Origin: an uncultured Mycoplasmatota bacterium
GTDB taxonomy: Bacteria; Bacillota_I; Bacilli_A; RF39; UBA660
DNA: 56,898 nucleotides
Reading direction: 5' to 3'
Assembly (NCBI GenBank): GCA_946553095.1
Contig: CAMNRN010000001.1
Location: forward strand, 1-56,898
Shown: piece by piece, positions 29,596-40,204 of the stretch
How the letters are laid out: the number at the start of each line of letters is the position of its first letter
Position numbering within the stretch: the first letter of the stretch is position 1
Notes under the pieces: generated by a model
Told to the model about the DNA's origin: nothing
Seen by the model: the letters and a program-made list of their open reading frames with translations, nothing else
The model's database searches: none
Program-made: the position numbers and the translations under genes

Positions 29596-30289
29596 TTTAT
29601 TTGATTACCCGAATCGATATATTTATCAACTGCCAGATGCCTTTAAATTCTCTCTTGATTCTATTTTACTCGCAGAATTTGTCAAAATCTCCCCAACTAA
29701 AGAAATGACAATTTTAGATATGTGTACGGGAAATGCTCCAATACCTTTAATTCTATCTACCAAAACATCATCCCCCATAATTGGTTTTGAACTTCAAAAA
29801 GAAATATATGATTTAGCTATAAAATCGGTAGAACTTAACAACTTAACCCAGCAAATAACGATCTATAATGAAGATATAAATAATTTAAAAATGGTATTTC
29901 CTGGGAAATATTTCGACATTATAACCTGCAATCCTCCATATTTCCCAACCACTGAAAGTTCAAATGTCAACAAATCTACTTTTCAAAAGATAGCACGCCA
30001 CGAATTAACTATTACGTTAAGAGATATTTTTTATCTTGTCAAAAATCATCTTAAAGAAAATGGTGTATTTTATTTAGTTCATCGACCAAACCGATTAGAC
30101 GAAATAATTCTTTATGCAAATGAATGTAAAATGAAAGTAAAAGAAGTTCAATTAATCACCACGAAAAACAACATTCCTTCACTTGTGTTGGTAAAAATTG
30201 TAAAACATGGTCAAAAAGGTATTAAATTCGCGGGAATAATCAATATAAATGAGTATAAAACATATCAAAATATATTTAAGGAGGAGTAA
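29576..30289 (+). CDS. trmN6: tRNA1(Val) (adenine37-N6)-methyltransferase (YabB/TrmN6-like)
   Basis: SAM-binding ILDMCTGNAPIP and catalytic CNPPYF motifs. Confidence 0.8.
   Translation: MKMIKNDLFDYPNRYIYQLPDAFKFSLDSILLAEFVKISPTKEMTILDMCTGNAPIPLILSTKTSSPIIGFELQKEIYDLAIKSVELNNLTQQITIYNEDINNLKMVFPGKYFDIITCNPPYFPTTESSNVNKSTFQKIARHELTITLRDIFYLVKNHLKENGVFYLVHRPNRLDEIILYANECKMKVKEVQLITTKNNIPSLVLVKIVKHGQKGIKFAGIININEYKTYQNIFKEE
29895..29912. promoter_or_regulatory. Second copy of the NBS-like 18-mer TATTTCCTGGGAAATATT (intragenic)
   Basis: Identical to 10042-10059. It lies on codons VFPGKYF of trmN6. Confidence 0.5.
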
Positions 30290-30291
30290 AT

Positions 30292-30843
30292 ATGAAACTA
30301 ATCATCGGACTAGGAAATCCTGGCAAAGAATATGAGAATACACGTCATAACATTGGCTTTATGGTTCTCGACCGATACTTAAAAAATGTAGACTACCGAG
30401 AAAAATTTCAAGCGAAATATTATAAAACAACCTTATATGGAGAAATAGTTTATTTTGTAAAACCTCTTACATACATGAACTTATCTGGTATATCAGTCAA
30501 AGAATTTGTTCGTTTTTTCAATATTTCAATTGCTGATATCCTTGTAATTCAAGATGATCTCGATCAACCATTCGGAAAATATAAATTGAAAAAAAATAGT
30601 TCCTCAGGTGGCCACAATGGCATCAAATCCATCATCAATGAATTGAAAAGTGATGAATTTATTCGTTTAAAAATTGGCATTAAAAATGATACCTTAAAAG
30701 ATGCCGCCAATTTTGTTTTAAACAAATTTACTTCCCAAGAATTAAACATAATAGAAGATATGTTTCCCGAATACATAGAAATAATTGATTCATTTATTAA
30801 ATATGGCAGTGATAAAACGATGAACAATTATAATACAAAATAG
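30292..30843 (+). CDS. pth: Peptidyl-tRNA hydrolase
   Basis: 183 aa. GLGNPGKEYENTRHNIGF N-terminal signature. Confidence 0.93.
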   Translation: MKLIIGLGNPGKEYENTRHNIGFMVLDRYLKNVDYREKFQAKYYKTTLYGEIVYFVKPLTYMNLSGISVKEFVRFFNISIADILVIQDDLDQPFGKYKLKKNSSSGGHNGIKSIINELKSDEFIRLKIGIKNDTLKDAANFVLNKFTSQELNIIEDMFPEYIEIIDSFIKYGSDKTMNNYNTK

Positions 30844-30852
30844 GAGTTAACT

Positions 30853-33800
30853 ATGGATTTTTTAAACAAAATATTTAAATATGACAATAATATTGTCTTA
30901 TCTGGATTTACAGAAGAACTATTATATTTATATATCTTAAAACTTTATCAAGAAAAAAAACAAAATGTTTTAGTAGTCACAAGTTCATTGTATGAAGGAA
31001 ATTTAATTTATAATGGTTTATCGACATATACTGATAAATTATTTCTTTTTCCTATGGACGATTTTTTATCTGCCATGATAGTTGCAGAAAGTCCTGACCT
31101 CAAATATAAGCGCCTAGAGACCCAAAATCGTTTAAAGGAAAAAGAAAGTGGAATAATTATAACCAATCTAATGGGATATCTTCACCACCTTCCAGCATTT
31201 GAATCCCAAAACTACTACGAAATTGCCCAAAATAGTGAAAAGAAGCGAGAAGAAATAATAAATCATTTAATTTCGCTCGGATATCACAAAGAGAGTTTAG
31301 TATTACAAACTGGTGACTTTGCAGTCCGAGGTCTTATCATCGACATATATCCTATCCACGAAGAACATCCAATTCGGATTGAATTTGATGGCAATAAAAT
31401 AGAATCGATTCGTTATTTTGATGAAAACACTCAGATATCTGAAAACGAGATAAAAGAGATAAAAATAATGGCTCTAGAAGAAGTCAATACTGAAGAAAAA
31501 AGTTCATTATATGATTACACAAACAATGCCATCACTGTTTTTATCGATAATTCTCAAATTGAAGCCTCATATGAAAAATTAGTTTCTGATGTTTTTGACT
31601 ATCAAGTAGCAACAAATACAAAAGAAACGCTTATGTATGATAAAGATGAGATAAAACCTCAATATACGATATATTTAAATCGTTTTTCAACCGAAGGAAC
31701 AAACCTAAGTGCCAAAACAATTAATAATTATAATCAAGATTTTGACAAATTAACGAGCGATGTAAAAAAATATCAAAAGGAAAACAAAGAAGTAATCTTC
31801 TATTTATCAACCGATTCACAGATAAAAAAGATAAAAGAATATCTTCCCGATGTAAAGGTAGAAAAATTTCGAATTAATCATGGCTTTATTATTGATAATT
31901 ATTGTATTATAAGTGAATATGATATTGAAGAAACAGAGCATAAAAAAGTAAACTATAAAAATAACTATCATATTGGTAAAAAAATAAAAGATTACAATCA
32001 ATTACAAAATGGTGATTACGTTGTTCACATATCTCACGGAATTGGTATATATCAAGGCATAACATCACTATCAATAAGAGGAGTAGCCAAAGACTTTTTG
32101 CAAATAGCCTATGAAGGAAAAGACAAGATATATGTACCAGTTGAAAAAATAACGACGATATATAAGTATACAGACAAAGAAGGTGTTCCACCCAAAATCA
32201 ACAAACTTGGAGGAATAAGTTGGGAAAAGACCAAAAAATATGTTGAAAGCAAAGTAAAGGATATCTCAGCTGACTTAATCCGTCTATATAAAGAACGAAT
32301 TAAAGTAAAAAGTCCTATTTATAAAGATTATCCCGAAGAAGATGCCTTTGCAACATCTTTCCAATACGAACTTACAAAAGATCAAAAAAAGACAATATTA
32401 GAAATAAACGAAGACTTAAAAAGCAGTGTTCCTATGGATCGGCTTCTATGTGGAGACGTAGGTTTTGGTAAAACAGAAGTAGCTATGCGAGCTATTTTTA
32501 AGACAATTGTGAACAATCATCAAGTGATGTATTTATGTCCAACAACGATTTTATCTAAACAACAATATTTAGTAGCCAAAGAAAGATTTAAAGATTGGCC
32601 TATTGAAATAGCATTATTAAATCGTCATATAACCGGGAAAAAACTAAAAGAGATTACAGATGGTTTAAAATCTGGTCGGATTGATTTTGTAATAGGTACA
32701 CATCGCCTTTTAAGTGATGACATAGAGTTCAAAGATCTTGGTCTGCTAGTTGTTGATGAAGAGCAAAGATTTGGTGTAACTCATAAAGAAAAACTAAAAA
32801 AATACAAGAATAATATCAACGTTCTAACATTAAGTGCCACCCCGATTCCTAGAACATTAAAAATGGCATTATCTGGGTTAAGAGATTTATCCGTTATTGA
32901 TACACCGCCAGTTAATCGTTATCCTGTTCAAACTTACGTCATATTAGAAAGTGACTTTATCATCAAAGATGCAATATATAAAGAATTATCTCGCGGAGGC
33001 CAAGTATTTATTTTATATAACTACGTTGAAAGTATCGAAAAATACATGCATCATATCGCCGAACTTATACCTGAGGCTAAGATAATGTATGCTCATGGTC
33101 AAATGGAAAAAAATCAACTAGATACAATTATGAGTGATTTTATAAGTGGTAAATACGATATATTAGTATGTACTACAATAATCGAAAGTGGTATTGATAT
33201 TCCAAATGTAAATACATTAATCGTTCATGACGCCGACCGATTTGGTTTAAGCCAACTATATCAAATTCGTGGTCGAGTTGGCCGAAGCAATAAAATAGCT
33301 TATGCCTATTTATTATATGCCCAAAATAAGATTTTAAATGAAATAGCAATTAAACGTCTAGAAACAATCAAAGAATTTACCGAGCTTGGAAGTGGCTATC
33401 GAATAGCAATGCGCGACTTAAGCATTCGTGGTGCTGGTGATATCTTTGGTGCTTCACAAGCTGGTTTTGTAGATTCGGTTGGGATATCATTATATATGAA
33501 AATGATAGATGATGAAATAAAGCGTCAGCAAGGTCAACCTGTGGAAGAGGAAGAAGATACAAAAGCATTAATCAATGTTGCAACTCACATTAGTGATGAA
33601 TATGTTAGTGACGAAAGTATTAAAATCGAGATTCACCAAAAAATCAATGAAATAGACTCATATGACAAATTGCTAACAATTAAAAATGAACTTGAAGACC
33701 GATTTGGTAAAGTTGATGATAATCTTCTAATTTATATGTATGAAGAATGGTTTGAAAAAATAGCTATAAAGCATGGTATAAAGAATGTTATTCAAACAGA

Positions 33801-33999
33801 TCGATCAATTTGCATTGAGCTTCCAGAGGAGACTACGAATAATATAAAAGGAGATAAACTCTTAATAGAAGCATTATCTTTAAGTCGCAGCTTTAACATC
33901 AAATATCAAAACAAGCGAATCAAAATAGAACTTTATTATAAGAATCTTGAAAAACATTTCATATTTTATCTTGTAAATTTATTAGAAAAGGTATTATAG
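30853..33999 (+). CDS. mfd: Transcription-repair coupling factor
   Basis: 1048 aa. UvrB-homology N-terminus, CarD/RID domain, superfamily 2 helicase motifs GDVGFGKTE and DEEQRFG, and TRG motif. Confidence 0.95.
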   Translation: MDFLNKIFKYDNNIVLSGFTEELLYLYILKLYQEKKQNVLVVTSSLYEGNLIYNGLSTYTDKLFLFPMDDFLSAMIVAESPDLKYKRLETQNRLKEKESGIIITNLMGYLHHLPAFESQNYYEIAQNSEKKREEIINHLISLGYHKESLVLQTGDFAVRGLIIDIYPIHEEHPIRIEFDGNKIESIRYFDENTQISENEIKEIKIMALEEVNTEEKSSLYDYTNNAITVFIDNSQIEASYEKLVSDVFDYQVATNTKETLMYDKDEIKPQYTIYLNRFSTEGTNLSAKTINNYNQDFDKLTSDVKKYQKENKEVIFYLSTDSQIKKIKEYLPDVKVEKFRINHGFIIDNYCIISEYDIEETEHKKVNYKNNYHIGKKIKDYNQLQNGDYVVHISHGIGIYQGITSLSIRGVAKDFLQIAYEGKDKIYVPVEKITTIYKYTDKEGVPPKINKLGGISWEKTKKYVESKVKDISADLIRLYKERIKVKSPIYKDYPEEDAFATSFQYELTKDQKKTILEINEDLKSSVPMDRLLCGDVGFGKTEVAMRAIFKTIVNNHQVMYLCPTTILSKQQYLVAKERFKDWPIEIALLNRHITGKKLKEITDGLKSGRIDFVIGTHRLLSDDIEFKDLGLLVVDEEQRFGVTHKEKLKKYKNNINVLTLSATPIPRTLKMALSGLRDLSVIDTPPVNRYPVQTYVILESDFIIKDAIYKELSRGGQVFILYNYVESIEKYMHHIAELIPEAKIMYAHGQMEKNQLDTIMSDFISGKYDILVCTTIIESGIDIPNVNTLIVHDADRFGLSQLYQIRGRVGRSNKIAYAYLLYAQNKILNEIAIKRLETIKEFTELGSGYRIAMRDLSIRGAGDIFGASQAGFVDSVGISLYMKMIDDEIKRQQGQPVEEEEDTKALINVATHISDEYVSDESIKIEIHQKINEIDSYDKLLTIKNELEDRFGKVDDNLLIYMYEEWFEKIAIKHGIKNVIQTDRSICIELPEETTNNIKGDKLLIEALSLSRSFNIKYQNKRIKIELYYKNLEKHFIFYLVNLLEKVL

Positions 34000-34053
34000 T
34001 ATAAATTTTTTCTAACTCTCCAAACTAAGAATAAGAATTGGAGTGAAGTGTAC

Positions 34054-34569
34054 TTGAAAGCCACTGGAATAACAAGAAAAATTGATGAATTAGGAAGAAT
34101 TGTCATTCCTAAAGAAATCAGAAGAAATCTCGGAATCAGAGATGGAGAAACATTAGAAATATTTACCGAAGATGAAGCAATTTTGCTAAAAAAGCATTCT
34201 ATCATGCAAAATTTTGAAGAATTAGGTACTAAATTATGCAATATTATAAGTTCTATTCTTTCCGTTGATATTATCATAACCGATCGTGAAAAAATAATAG
34301 CTACTTCGAAAGAATCAACCTATTTGAATTGCACTTTATCAAAAGAGTTAATGAGTTTAATAGATAATCGAGAAACAAATCTCAGTGAAGAAAAAAGAAA
34401 AATAATCCTTGAAGATCAAACTATTGAAGGCTATTTTTCCATTTGTCCTATTATTTCTTCAATTGACTCTCTCGGGTTAATCATAATAATATCTGAGAAA
34501 CAAGAAGATTACATATATTTAGCCAAAGTTTTATCAAAAATTATGTCTGATAAATTAGATATATATTGA
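34054..34569 (+). CDS. spoVT: Stage V sporulation protein T (AbrB-type N-domain plus GAF-like C-domain)
   Basis: KATGITRKIDELGRIVIPKEIRRNLGIRDGETLEIF closely matches the SpoVT/AbrB swapped-hairpin domain. TTG at 34054 aligns with MKATG of homologues. GTG at 34048 is an alternative start. Confidence 0.85.
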   Translation: MKATGITRKIDELGRIVIPKEIRRNLGIRDGETLEIFTEDEAILLKKHSIMQNFEELGTKLCNIISSILSVDIIITDREKIIATSKESTYLNCTLSKELMSLIDNRETNLSEEKRKIILEDQTIEGYFSICPIISSIDSLGLIIIISEKQEDYIYLAKVLSKIMSDKLDIY

Positions 34570-34606
34570 TTCCTTCCTAAAAGTGTGATAACATTTTAAT
34601 ATATTT

Positions 34607-34810
34607 AGCAATGAAGGAAAGAGTAAAGATAAATCATTTTAAAAAAGAGAGTTCTCTAAATGGTGAAAAAGAACAAAATGAAATCTTGAACATGGCTCTG
34701 GAGCTAAACCGGAAAAAATTCATTTCCGTTATCAAAATAAGAGCATGAACAAATCATGAATTAAGGTGGTACCGCGGGATATCAACTCGTCCTTAACTCG
34801 TGATTTTTTT
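34607..34810 (+). promoter_or_regulatory. T-box riboswitch leader, Met specifier
   Basis: Stem I start GCAATGAAGGAAAGAGTA and an AGAGAG box. The specifier-loop ATG at 34660-34662 matches downstream metG. T-box sequence AAGGTGGTACCGCG at 34763-34776. Terminator TCATGAATTAAGG..CCTTAACTCGTGA plus T7. The 5' end is approximate. Confidence 0.8.
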
Positions 34811-34836
34811 ATTGTTAAAAGAAAGAAGGAACAAAA

Positions 34837-36366
34837 ATGAACAAAAAATACTATATAACAACCCCTATTTATTATCCTAGTGCTAATTTTCACATTGGAC
34901 ACTGTTATACAACTATTATAGCTGACTCGCTTGCCCGTTACAAAAGGCTGGACGGGTACGAAGTTTTATTTCAAACTGGAACTGATGAACATGGAGAAAA
35001 GATTGAAAATAAAGCTAAAGAAGCTGGTATCACGCCTAAAATGTACGTAGATGAAGTAGTAAGCAACGCTATTGATTTATGGAAATCTCTAAATATTTCC
35101 TATGATAAATTTATTAGAACAACTGACAAACTTCATGAACAAACGGTAAGTAAGATATTTACAAAACTATATGAACAAGATGATATCTACAAAGGCGAGT
35201 ATAAGGGATTATATTGTACTCCTTGTGAATCATTTTGGACTCCATCACAGGCTAAAGATAATCTTTGTCCTGACTGTGGCCGTGAGCTTAAAGAAGTAAG
35301 TGAAGAAGCCTACTTTTTACGCTTATCAAAGTATCAAGATCGTTTATTAGAATATATAAACAGTCACCCAGATTTTATTGAACCAATATCTCGTAAGAAT
35401 GAAATGATCAATAATTTTATCAAACCCGGCCTAGAGGACCTTTGTGTATCTCGAACCTCTTTTAAATGGGGAATTCCCGTATCTTTTGACCAAAATCATG
35501 TTATTTATGTATGGATCGATGCTCTATCAAATTATATTACATCTTTAGGATATTTAACAAATAATGATGAAGAATTTCAAAAATTCTGGCCCGCCGACCT
35601 TCATTTAGTTGGAAAAGAGATAGTTCGATTTCATACTATCATTTGGCCAATTATTCTCATGGCGTTAGATCTTCCTCTTCCACATCAAGTCTTTGGTCAT
35701 GGTTGGCTAATTGTTAATGGAAAGAAACTGTCGAAATCGTTAGGAAACTATAAAGATCCTCGTGAATACATAAATAAATATGGAGTTGATGCAATCCGCT
35801 ATTTTTGTCTAAGAGAAGTTCCCTTTGGAAATGATGGCAATTTCTCTGAAGAGTCCTTAATTCTAAGAACCAACGCCGATTTAGCTAATGTGCTTGGAAA
35901 TCTAGTAAATCGTACAATAGGTATGGCCGAAAAATATTTTGATGGCATCATAACAAATACTAAAGTAAAAGAAGATATTGATGAAAAATTAATTGATTTA
36001 GCAATTAGTACGAAACAGAAAGTGGATAAAAACATGTCCGAATTGCATATAGCAGATGCTCTTGATAATATTTTTGAAATATTTCGTCAATCAAACAAAT
36101 ATATTGATGAGACAACTCCTTGGGCCTTAGCAAAAGACCCTGAAAAAAATGATCGTTTAGCAACAGTTATCTACAATTTGATTGAATCGATTCGATTTGG
36201 AACAGTTTTACTACAAGCATTTTTACCAGAAACAAGTGCTAAAATATTTGCTCAAATCAATACCGATGCCTGCTCATTTAATACTCTAGATAAATTCGGA
36301 TATTATAAAGAAAACACAAAACTTGGGAAAAAAGAAGTTTTATTTGCTCGTATCGAGGAGGAATAA
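34837..36366 (+). CDS. metG: Methionyl-tRNA synthetase (short form, no C-terminal tRNA-binding domain)
   Basis: 509 aa. HIGH-type NFHIGH, KMSKS-type KLSKS and zinc knuckle CTPC..CPDC. Confidence 0.93.
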   Translation: MNKKYYITTPIYYPSANFHIGHCYTTIIADSLARYKRLDGYEVLFQTGTDEHGEKIENKAKEAGITPKMYVDEVVSNAIDLWKSLNISYDKFIRTTDKLHEQTVSKIFTKLYEQDDIYKGEYKGLYCTPCESFWTPSQAKDNLCPDCGRELKEVSEEAYFLRLSKYQDRLLEYINSHPDFIEPISRKNEMINNFIKPGLEDLCVSRTSFKWGIPVSFDQNHVIYVWIDALSNYITSLGYLTNNDEEFQKFWPADLHLVGKEIVRFHTIIWPIILMALDLPLPHQVFGHGWLIVNGKKLSKSLGNYKDPREYINKYGVDAIRYFCLREVPFGNDGNFSEESLILRTNADLANVLGNLVNRTIGMAEKYFDGIITNTKVKEDIDEKLIDLAISTKQKVDKNMSELHIADALDNIFEIFRQSNKYIDETTPWALAKDPEKNDRLATVIYNLIESIRFGTVLLQAFLPETSAKIFAQINTDACSFNTLDKFGYYKENTKLGKKEVLFARIEEE

Positions 36367-36367
36367 C

Positions 36368-37129
36368 ATGTTAATCGATACACACGCCCACATAGAAGAA
36401 AAGTATTATGGCAAGATCGAGCAAATAATCAGAAATGCGAATGCTAACGATGTTTCCATCATCATTAATAATGGTACAGATATGCAAAGTAATCAAGAAG
36501 TAGTCAAAAATCTTTCTCATAACATGTATGGAGCGATAGGTATTCATCCTGAAAATGTTGAAACATATCAAAAAGAAGACATAGACTATATTATTAAAAA
36601 CATTCATAATCCTAAGATAGTTGCAATTGGAGAAATTGGTTTAGACTATCACTACGGTAAAGAAAATCGCCTTGCTCAAATTAAGTTATTTGAAACACAA
36701 CTAGCAATTGCTGAGAATTACAATATACCTGTAATCATTCATTCCCGTGATGCTACAGAAGATACCATTAATACTTTAAAAAAATTTCATTTAAAAGGGG
36801 TAATTCATTCCTTTTCGGGATCGATTGAAACCGCCAAAACTTATTTAAATATGGGCTTCGTCCTAGGCGTCAATGGGGTCATAACCTTTAAAAATTGCCA
36901 GTTAAAAGAAGTATATAAAAATCTAACCTTAAATGATTTTGTCCTAGAAACAGATTCTCCATACTTAACACCCCATCCTTATCGTGGGACGCAAAATGAA
37001 CCAAAATACATAAAAGACATTAGTGAATTTATGGCTGAATTATATGGAACTTCTTGGCAAAATATAGCAGAAAATACCAACCAAAATGCCCTTCGAATTT
37101 TTGACAAATTAACTATTCCCATGGTATAA
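36368..37129 (+). CDS. tatD: TatD-family metal-dependent hydrolase/DNase (YabD)
   Basis: MLIDTHAH start after AGGAGGAATAAC. EIGLDYH and HSRDA motifs. The ORF-track start at 36323 would overlap metG. Confidence 0.88.
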   Translation: MLIDTHAHIEEKYYGKIEQIIRNANANDVSIIINNGTDMQSNQEVVKNLSHNMYGAIGIHPENVETYQKEDIDYIIKNIHNPKIVAIGEIGLDYHYGKENRLAQIKLFETQLAIAENYNIPVIIHSRDATEDTINTLKKFHLKGVIHSFSGSIETAKTYLNMGFVLGVNGVITFKNCQLKEVYKNLTLNDFVLETDSPYLTPHPYRGTQNEPKYIKDISEFMAELYGTSWQNIAENTNQNALRIFDKLTIPMV

Positions 37130-37154
37130 TTTTCTTATCCATTAAGGAGGAAAA

Positions 37155-37697
37155 ATGAAAAAAACAATGAATTATGTCGTTCGTATTTCGATTATAATTC
37201 TTTTATTAATAATTTCAAAAGCATCAATTAATGTTTTTGAAAAAGAAGTAGAAAATGATAATATTAATAAGACAATAAACTTATCAACGATGGCATTAAA
37301 AGTAATTGAAGTAAATTCCGAAGATTTATATAATTCAATTGATTCCTACACAGGCGATTTAACTGGATATGTTTACAACTGTCCCTTATGCAATGGTAGT
37401 CTAGCATGTTCTCCTAATTATAATATTAGGGATGGAAAAACGACATATGAAGATAAAGATTATGGCACAGTCAAAATAGTAGCATCATCTAAGAATCTTC
37501 CATGTGGTTCGATTGTAAGATTTAACAGCAAACGAGTATCTGAGGAACCAGTAATTGCAATTGTCTTAGACCGTGGAGTCAGAGGAAATGCTCTCGATTT
37601 ATTAGTGCCAACAATCTCTTATGCTTATGATGTAATAGGCAGAAGCACAATTAATTACGAAGTATTAAGAAATGGTTGGGAAAGACTTGAAGGCTAA
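37155..37697 (+). CDS. Membrane-anchored 3D-domain (MltA/YabE-like) cell-wall protein
   Basis: N-terminal TM or signal segment. LTGYVYNCPLCNG and IAIVLDRGVRGNALDLLV resemble the 3D domain. Occupies the yabE position before rsmA. Confidence 0.55.
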   Translation: MKKTMNYVVRISIIILLLIISKASINVFEKEVENDNINKTINLSTMALKVIEVNSEDLYNSIDSYTGDLTGYVYNCPLCNGSLACSPNYNIRDGKTTYEDKDYGTVKIVASSKNLPCGSIVRFNSKRVSEEPVIAIVLDRGVRGNALDLLVPTISYAYDVIGRSTINYEVLRNGWERLEG

Positions 37698-38463
37698 AAA
37701 AAGATATGGACAAAATTTTTTAATAAAAGAAGAATACATTAATAGTATTATCGAAGCTATTAGTGTTTTTCCTAATGACTTAATTATAGAAATAGGTCCT
37801 GGAAGAGGTGCCTTAACTAAAAAAATAAAAACGCTAGGAGCAAAAGTTATAGCTTATGAAATAGATACAGATTTAAAGTCAATTCTTAACCAACTAGAAG
37901 ATGAAAATACCCAAATAATCTATCAAGATTTTTTAGAGGCCACCAAAAGAGACATTTTCCAAGAATATAACAAGCTTCATATCGTAGGAAATCTTCCATA
38001 CTACATTACAACCCCAATTATTGAGCATATTATAAAAGAAAATTTTGATCCTATTGATATTATAATCATGGTTCAAAAAGAAGTAGCAGATCGCCTACTC
38101 GCAAAACCGCACAATAAAGAGTATGGCTATTTCACGCTTTATTTAAAATACCACTTTACTATCGAAAGAATTGTAGATGTTCCGAGAACAGCATTTAGTC
38201 CTATTCCCAAGGTTGAAAGTACAGTTATAAAACTAACTAAAAGATCTATTATGCCAGACATAGATTTTCCAATATATAATAATTTTCTAAAGGATTGTTT
38301 TCGTCAAAAAAGAAAACAATTAAAGAACAACTTACAAGCCTATAACTGGACAGTTGTCGAAGAAGTGCTAAAAACGCATCAGTTAAGTGAAAACGTTAGG
38401 GCTGAGGAATTAAGTGAAGAAGTTTTAGTAGAAATATGTCAAAAATTAACAAAGAATTTGTAG
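37672..38463 (+). CDS. rsmA: 16S rRNA (adenine1518/1519-N6)-dimethyltransferase
   Basis: YGQNFL motif, SAM site IIEIGPGRGALT and NLPYYITTPI. Confidence 0.92.
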   Translation: MVGKDLKAKKRYGQNFLIKEEYINSIIEAISVFPNDLIIEIGPGRGALTKKIKTLGAKVIAYEIDTDLKSILNQLEDENTQIIYQDFLEATKRDIFQEYNKLHIVGNLPYYITTPIIEHIIKENFDPIDIIIMVQKEVADRLLAKPHNKEYGYFTLYLKYHFTIERIVDVPRTAFSPIPKVESTVIKLTKRSIMPDIDFPIYNNFLKDCFRQKRKQLKNNLQAYNWTVVEEVLKTHQLSENVRAEELSEEVLVEICQKLTKNL

Positions 38464-38481
38464 GAGAAACTCCTACTTTTT
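38460..38481 (+). terminator. Rho-independent terminator after rsmA
   Basis: GTAGGAG-AAA-CTCCTAC hairpin overlapping the TAG stop, followed by T5. Confidence 0.65.
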
Positions 38482-38501
38482 ATTTTTTTCTAAAAAATTA
38501 C

Positions 38502-38532
38502 TTGACACTACCCCTAGGTTATAGTCTATATT
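38502..38532 (+). promoter_or_regulatory. MerR-type promoter with 19-nt spacer
   Basis: TTGACA (38502-38507), a 19-nt spacer containing ACTA..CCTAGG..TAGT, then TATATT (38527-32). The over-long spacer is typical of MerR-controlled promoters. Confidence 0.4.
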
Positions 38533-38554
38533 GTTTTTTGAGAGGAGGAAAAGT

Positions 38555-39199
38555 ATGTTTATAAATGAAGTAGTTCATATTGTAGGACTATCTCGAAAAA
38601 GCATTCGTTATTATGAAGAAAATGGGTTATTGACTCCTACACGCAACAAGGATAATAAGTATCGCATCTATAACGAAGAAGATATCAAAAAATTAAAAAT
38701 AATTAAATTTTTAAGGGAACTCGATGTCCCAATAAACGATTTAAAAAGACTAAATACAAAGGAAATAACTTTGAAAGAGTGCTTAAATGAAAAAATAAGA
38801 CAAATAGAAAATGAAGAAAAAAGATATGCTAAAGTCAAACATATGTGTAATGAAATTAATAAAACAAACGAAACCATCGAAACATTAAATATTACTAATT
38901 ATTTTTGTGAAATGAATAAACTTAATAAGGAGGGATTTACAATGAGAAATACTAAGACCAAAAAAAGCAAGAAGATAATAGGTGCCTGTCTTTCCAGTTT
39001 CATATTTGGTACCATATTTATCTTTTTAATAGCCATAATTAGCTATTTTCAATTTAGCGAGGAACATAATATTCCTTGGTTAGTATATTGGTTCATTATG
39101 CTTATACTTGGCATTCCGCTTTTAGGAATAATATACAATTTAGTAGCAAGAATAAAAGAGATTTTAGGAGGAGAAGAAGATGAAGCTAGTAAATATTGA
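38555..39199 (+). CDS. MerR-family regulator with C-terminal double TM anchor
   Basis: MerR HTH INEVVHIVGLSRKSIRYYEENGLL, a coiled-coil region, then two hydrophobic helices. ATG at 38555 follows AGGAGG. Confidence 0.7.
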   Translation: MFINEVVHIVGLSRKSIRYYEENGLLTPTRNKDNKYRIYNEEDIKKLKIIKFLRELDVPINDLKRLNTKEITLKECLNEKIRQIENEEKRYAKVKHMCNEINKTNETIETLNITNYFCEMNKLNKEGFTMRNTKTKKSKKIIGACLSSFIFGTIFIFLIAIISYFQFSEEHNIPWLVYWFIMLILGIPLLGIIYNLVARIKEILGGEEDEASKY

Positions 39200-39503
39200 T
39201 TATGTCCCAGGTTATACCATTACAGAAGCCTTAGGTGTAGTAAAAGGACAAATTGTTCAATCAAAAAACATAGGTAAGGATTTTATGGCTGGAATGAAAA
39301 CTATTGTCGGAGGAGAGATATCTGGATACACTGAAATGATATCGACCGCGAGAAGTATGGCTACCAAAAGAATGGTGGATGATGCCGAAGCTTTAGGTGC
39401 TGATGCCATTATAAATATTCGCTATGGATCATCAACAGTAATGAGTGGAGCCGCTGAAATCATTGCCTATGGAACAGCCGTAAAAATAAGAAAAAGTGAA
39501 TAA
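39180..39503 (+). CDS. ybjQ: YbjQ/UPF0145 family protein
   Basis: 107 aa. GVVKGQIVQSKNIGKDFMAG..GGEISGYT..AR..A..RM...A..LGADAIINIRY is typical of the family. Overlaps the MerR gene by 20 nt. Confidence 0.8.
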   Translation: MKLVNIDYVPGYTITEALGVVKGQIVQSKNIGKDFMAGMKTIVGGEISGYTEMISTARSMATKRMVDDAEALGADAIINIRYGSSTVMSGAAEIIAYGTAVKIRKSE

Positions 39504-39527
39504 CTCTTAAGTTATCAACAAAAATAT

Positions 39528-39550
39528 AGCACAAATCAAGTGCTTTTTTT
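39528..39550 (+). terminator. Rho-independent terminator after ybjQ
   Basis: AGCAC-N7-GTGCT hairpin followed by T7. Confidence 0.55.
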
Positions 39551-39580
39551 CATAGGATAAAAAGCAAGGAGGTGAACAAA

Positions 39581-40165
39581 ATGGAAAACTTATTTACTAC
39601 CAACGAAAATGGTGTAAGTTTAGCAATTAATAATTTAGAAACAAATTGTATAACAAACCCCAATAATAAATTTGGAATTGATAGTGAAGGAAACATTCAT
39701 GCTAATAGTATAAGCCTAGTAAATAATGATATTACTATAGGCTCTTCAAACTATTTAGAAAGTGAAGAAATAGAGCCAGGCCTAGTAAAATTAAAAGACA
39801 ATCAAGCTTTATATGGCACAATAATTGAGCAAAGGTCTAACTCAAATGGCACATACATTAAGTTCTCTGATGGAACAATGATATGTTACAGTACAAAAAG
39901 CTATCGAGCAACGGTAACCCAGAAATTAAATGATTACATTTATTATGGTTATGTAACATTAGAGGATTTCCCTCATGAGTTTGCGAGTATTCCATCCGTG
40001 ACATACAGTCATAATACCAGTACAGAGATATTTGCAATTCAACCATATAACATAGAATCAATAACCACCACAAACCCCGGCGGTGTATATCCAATAGGAC
40101 CAGGGATAAGAAATGAACCAACAGATTTATATATAACAGTTACAGCTATAGGTAAATGGAAATAA
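39581..40165 (+). CDS. Stand-alone phage tail-fibre-like protein (gp53-like C-terminal type)
   Basis: ATG after AAGGAGG. The C-terminal half SNGTYIKFSDGTMICYS...FPHEFASIPSVT...TAIGKWK resembles the receptor-binding tips of phage tail fibres. Assigned from memory of that family. Confidence 0.4.
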   Translation: MENLFTTNENGVSLAINNLETNCITNPNNKFGIDSEGNIHANSISLVNNDITIGSSNYLESEEIEPGLVKLKDNQALYGTIIEQRSNSNGTYIKFSDGTMICYSTKSYRATVTQKLNDYIYYGYVTLEDFPHEFASIPSVTYSHNTSTEIFAIQPYNIESITTTNPGGVYPIGPGIRNEPTDLYITVTAIGKWK

Positions 40166-40167
40166 CC

Positions 40168-40204
40168 AAAAAGCATCAAAATGATAAAATTTGATGCTTT
40201 TTTA
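40168..40204 (+). terminator. Rho-independent terminator after the tail-fibre-like ORF
   Basis: AAAGCATCAAA-N9-TTTGATGCTTT hairpin followed by a T-run. It covers the ORF-track start at 40181. Confidence 0.65.

Noticed and set aside
36323-36367. Long start of tatD overlapping metG by 44 nt
   Set aside because: ATG at 36368 follows AGGAGG and gives the canonical MLIDTHAH N-terminus.
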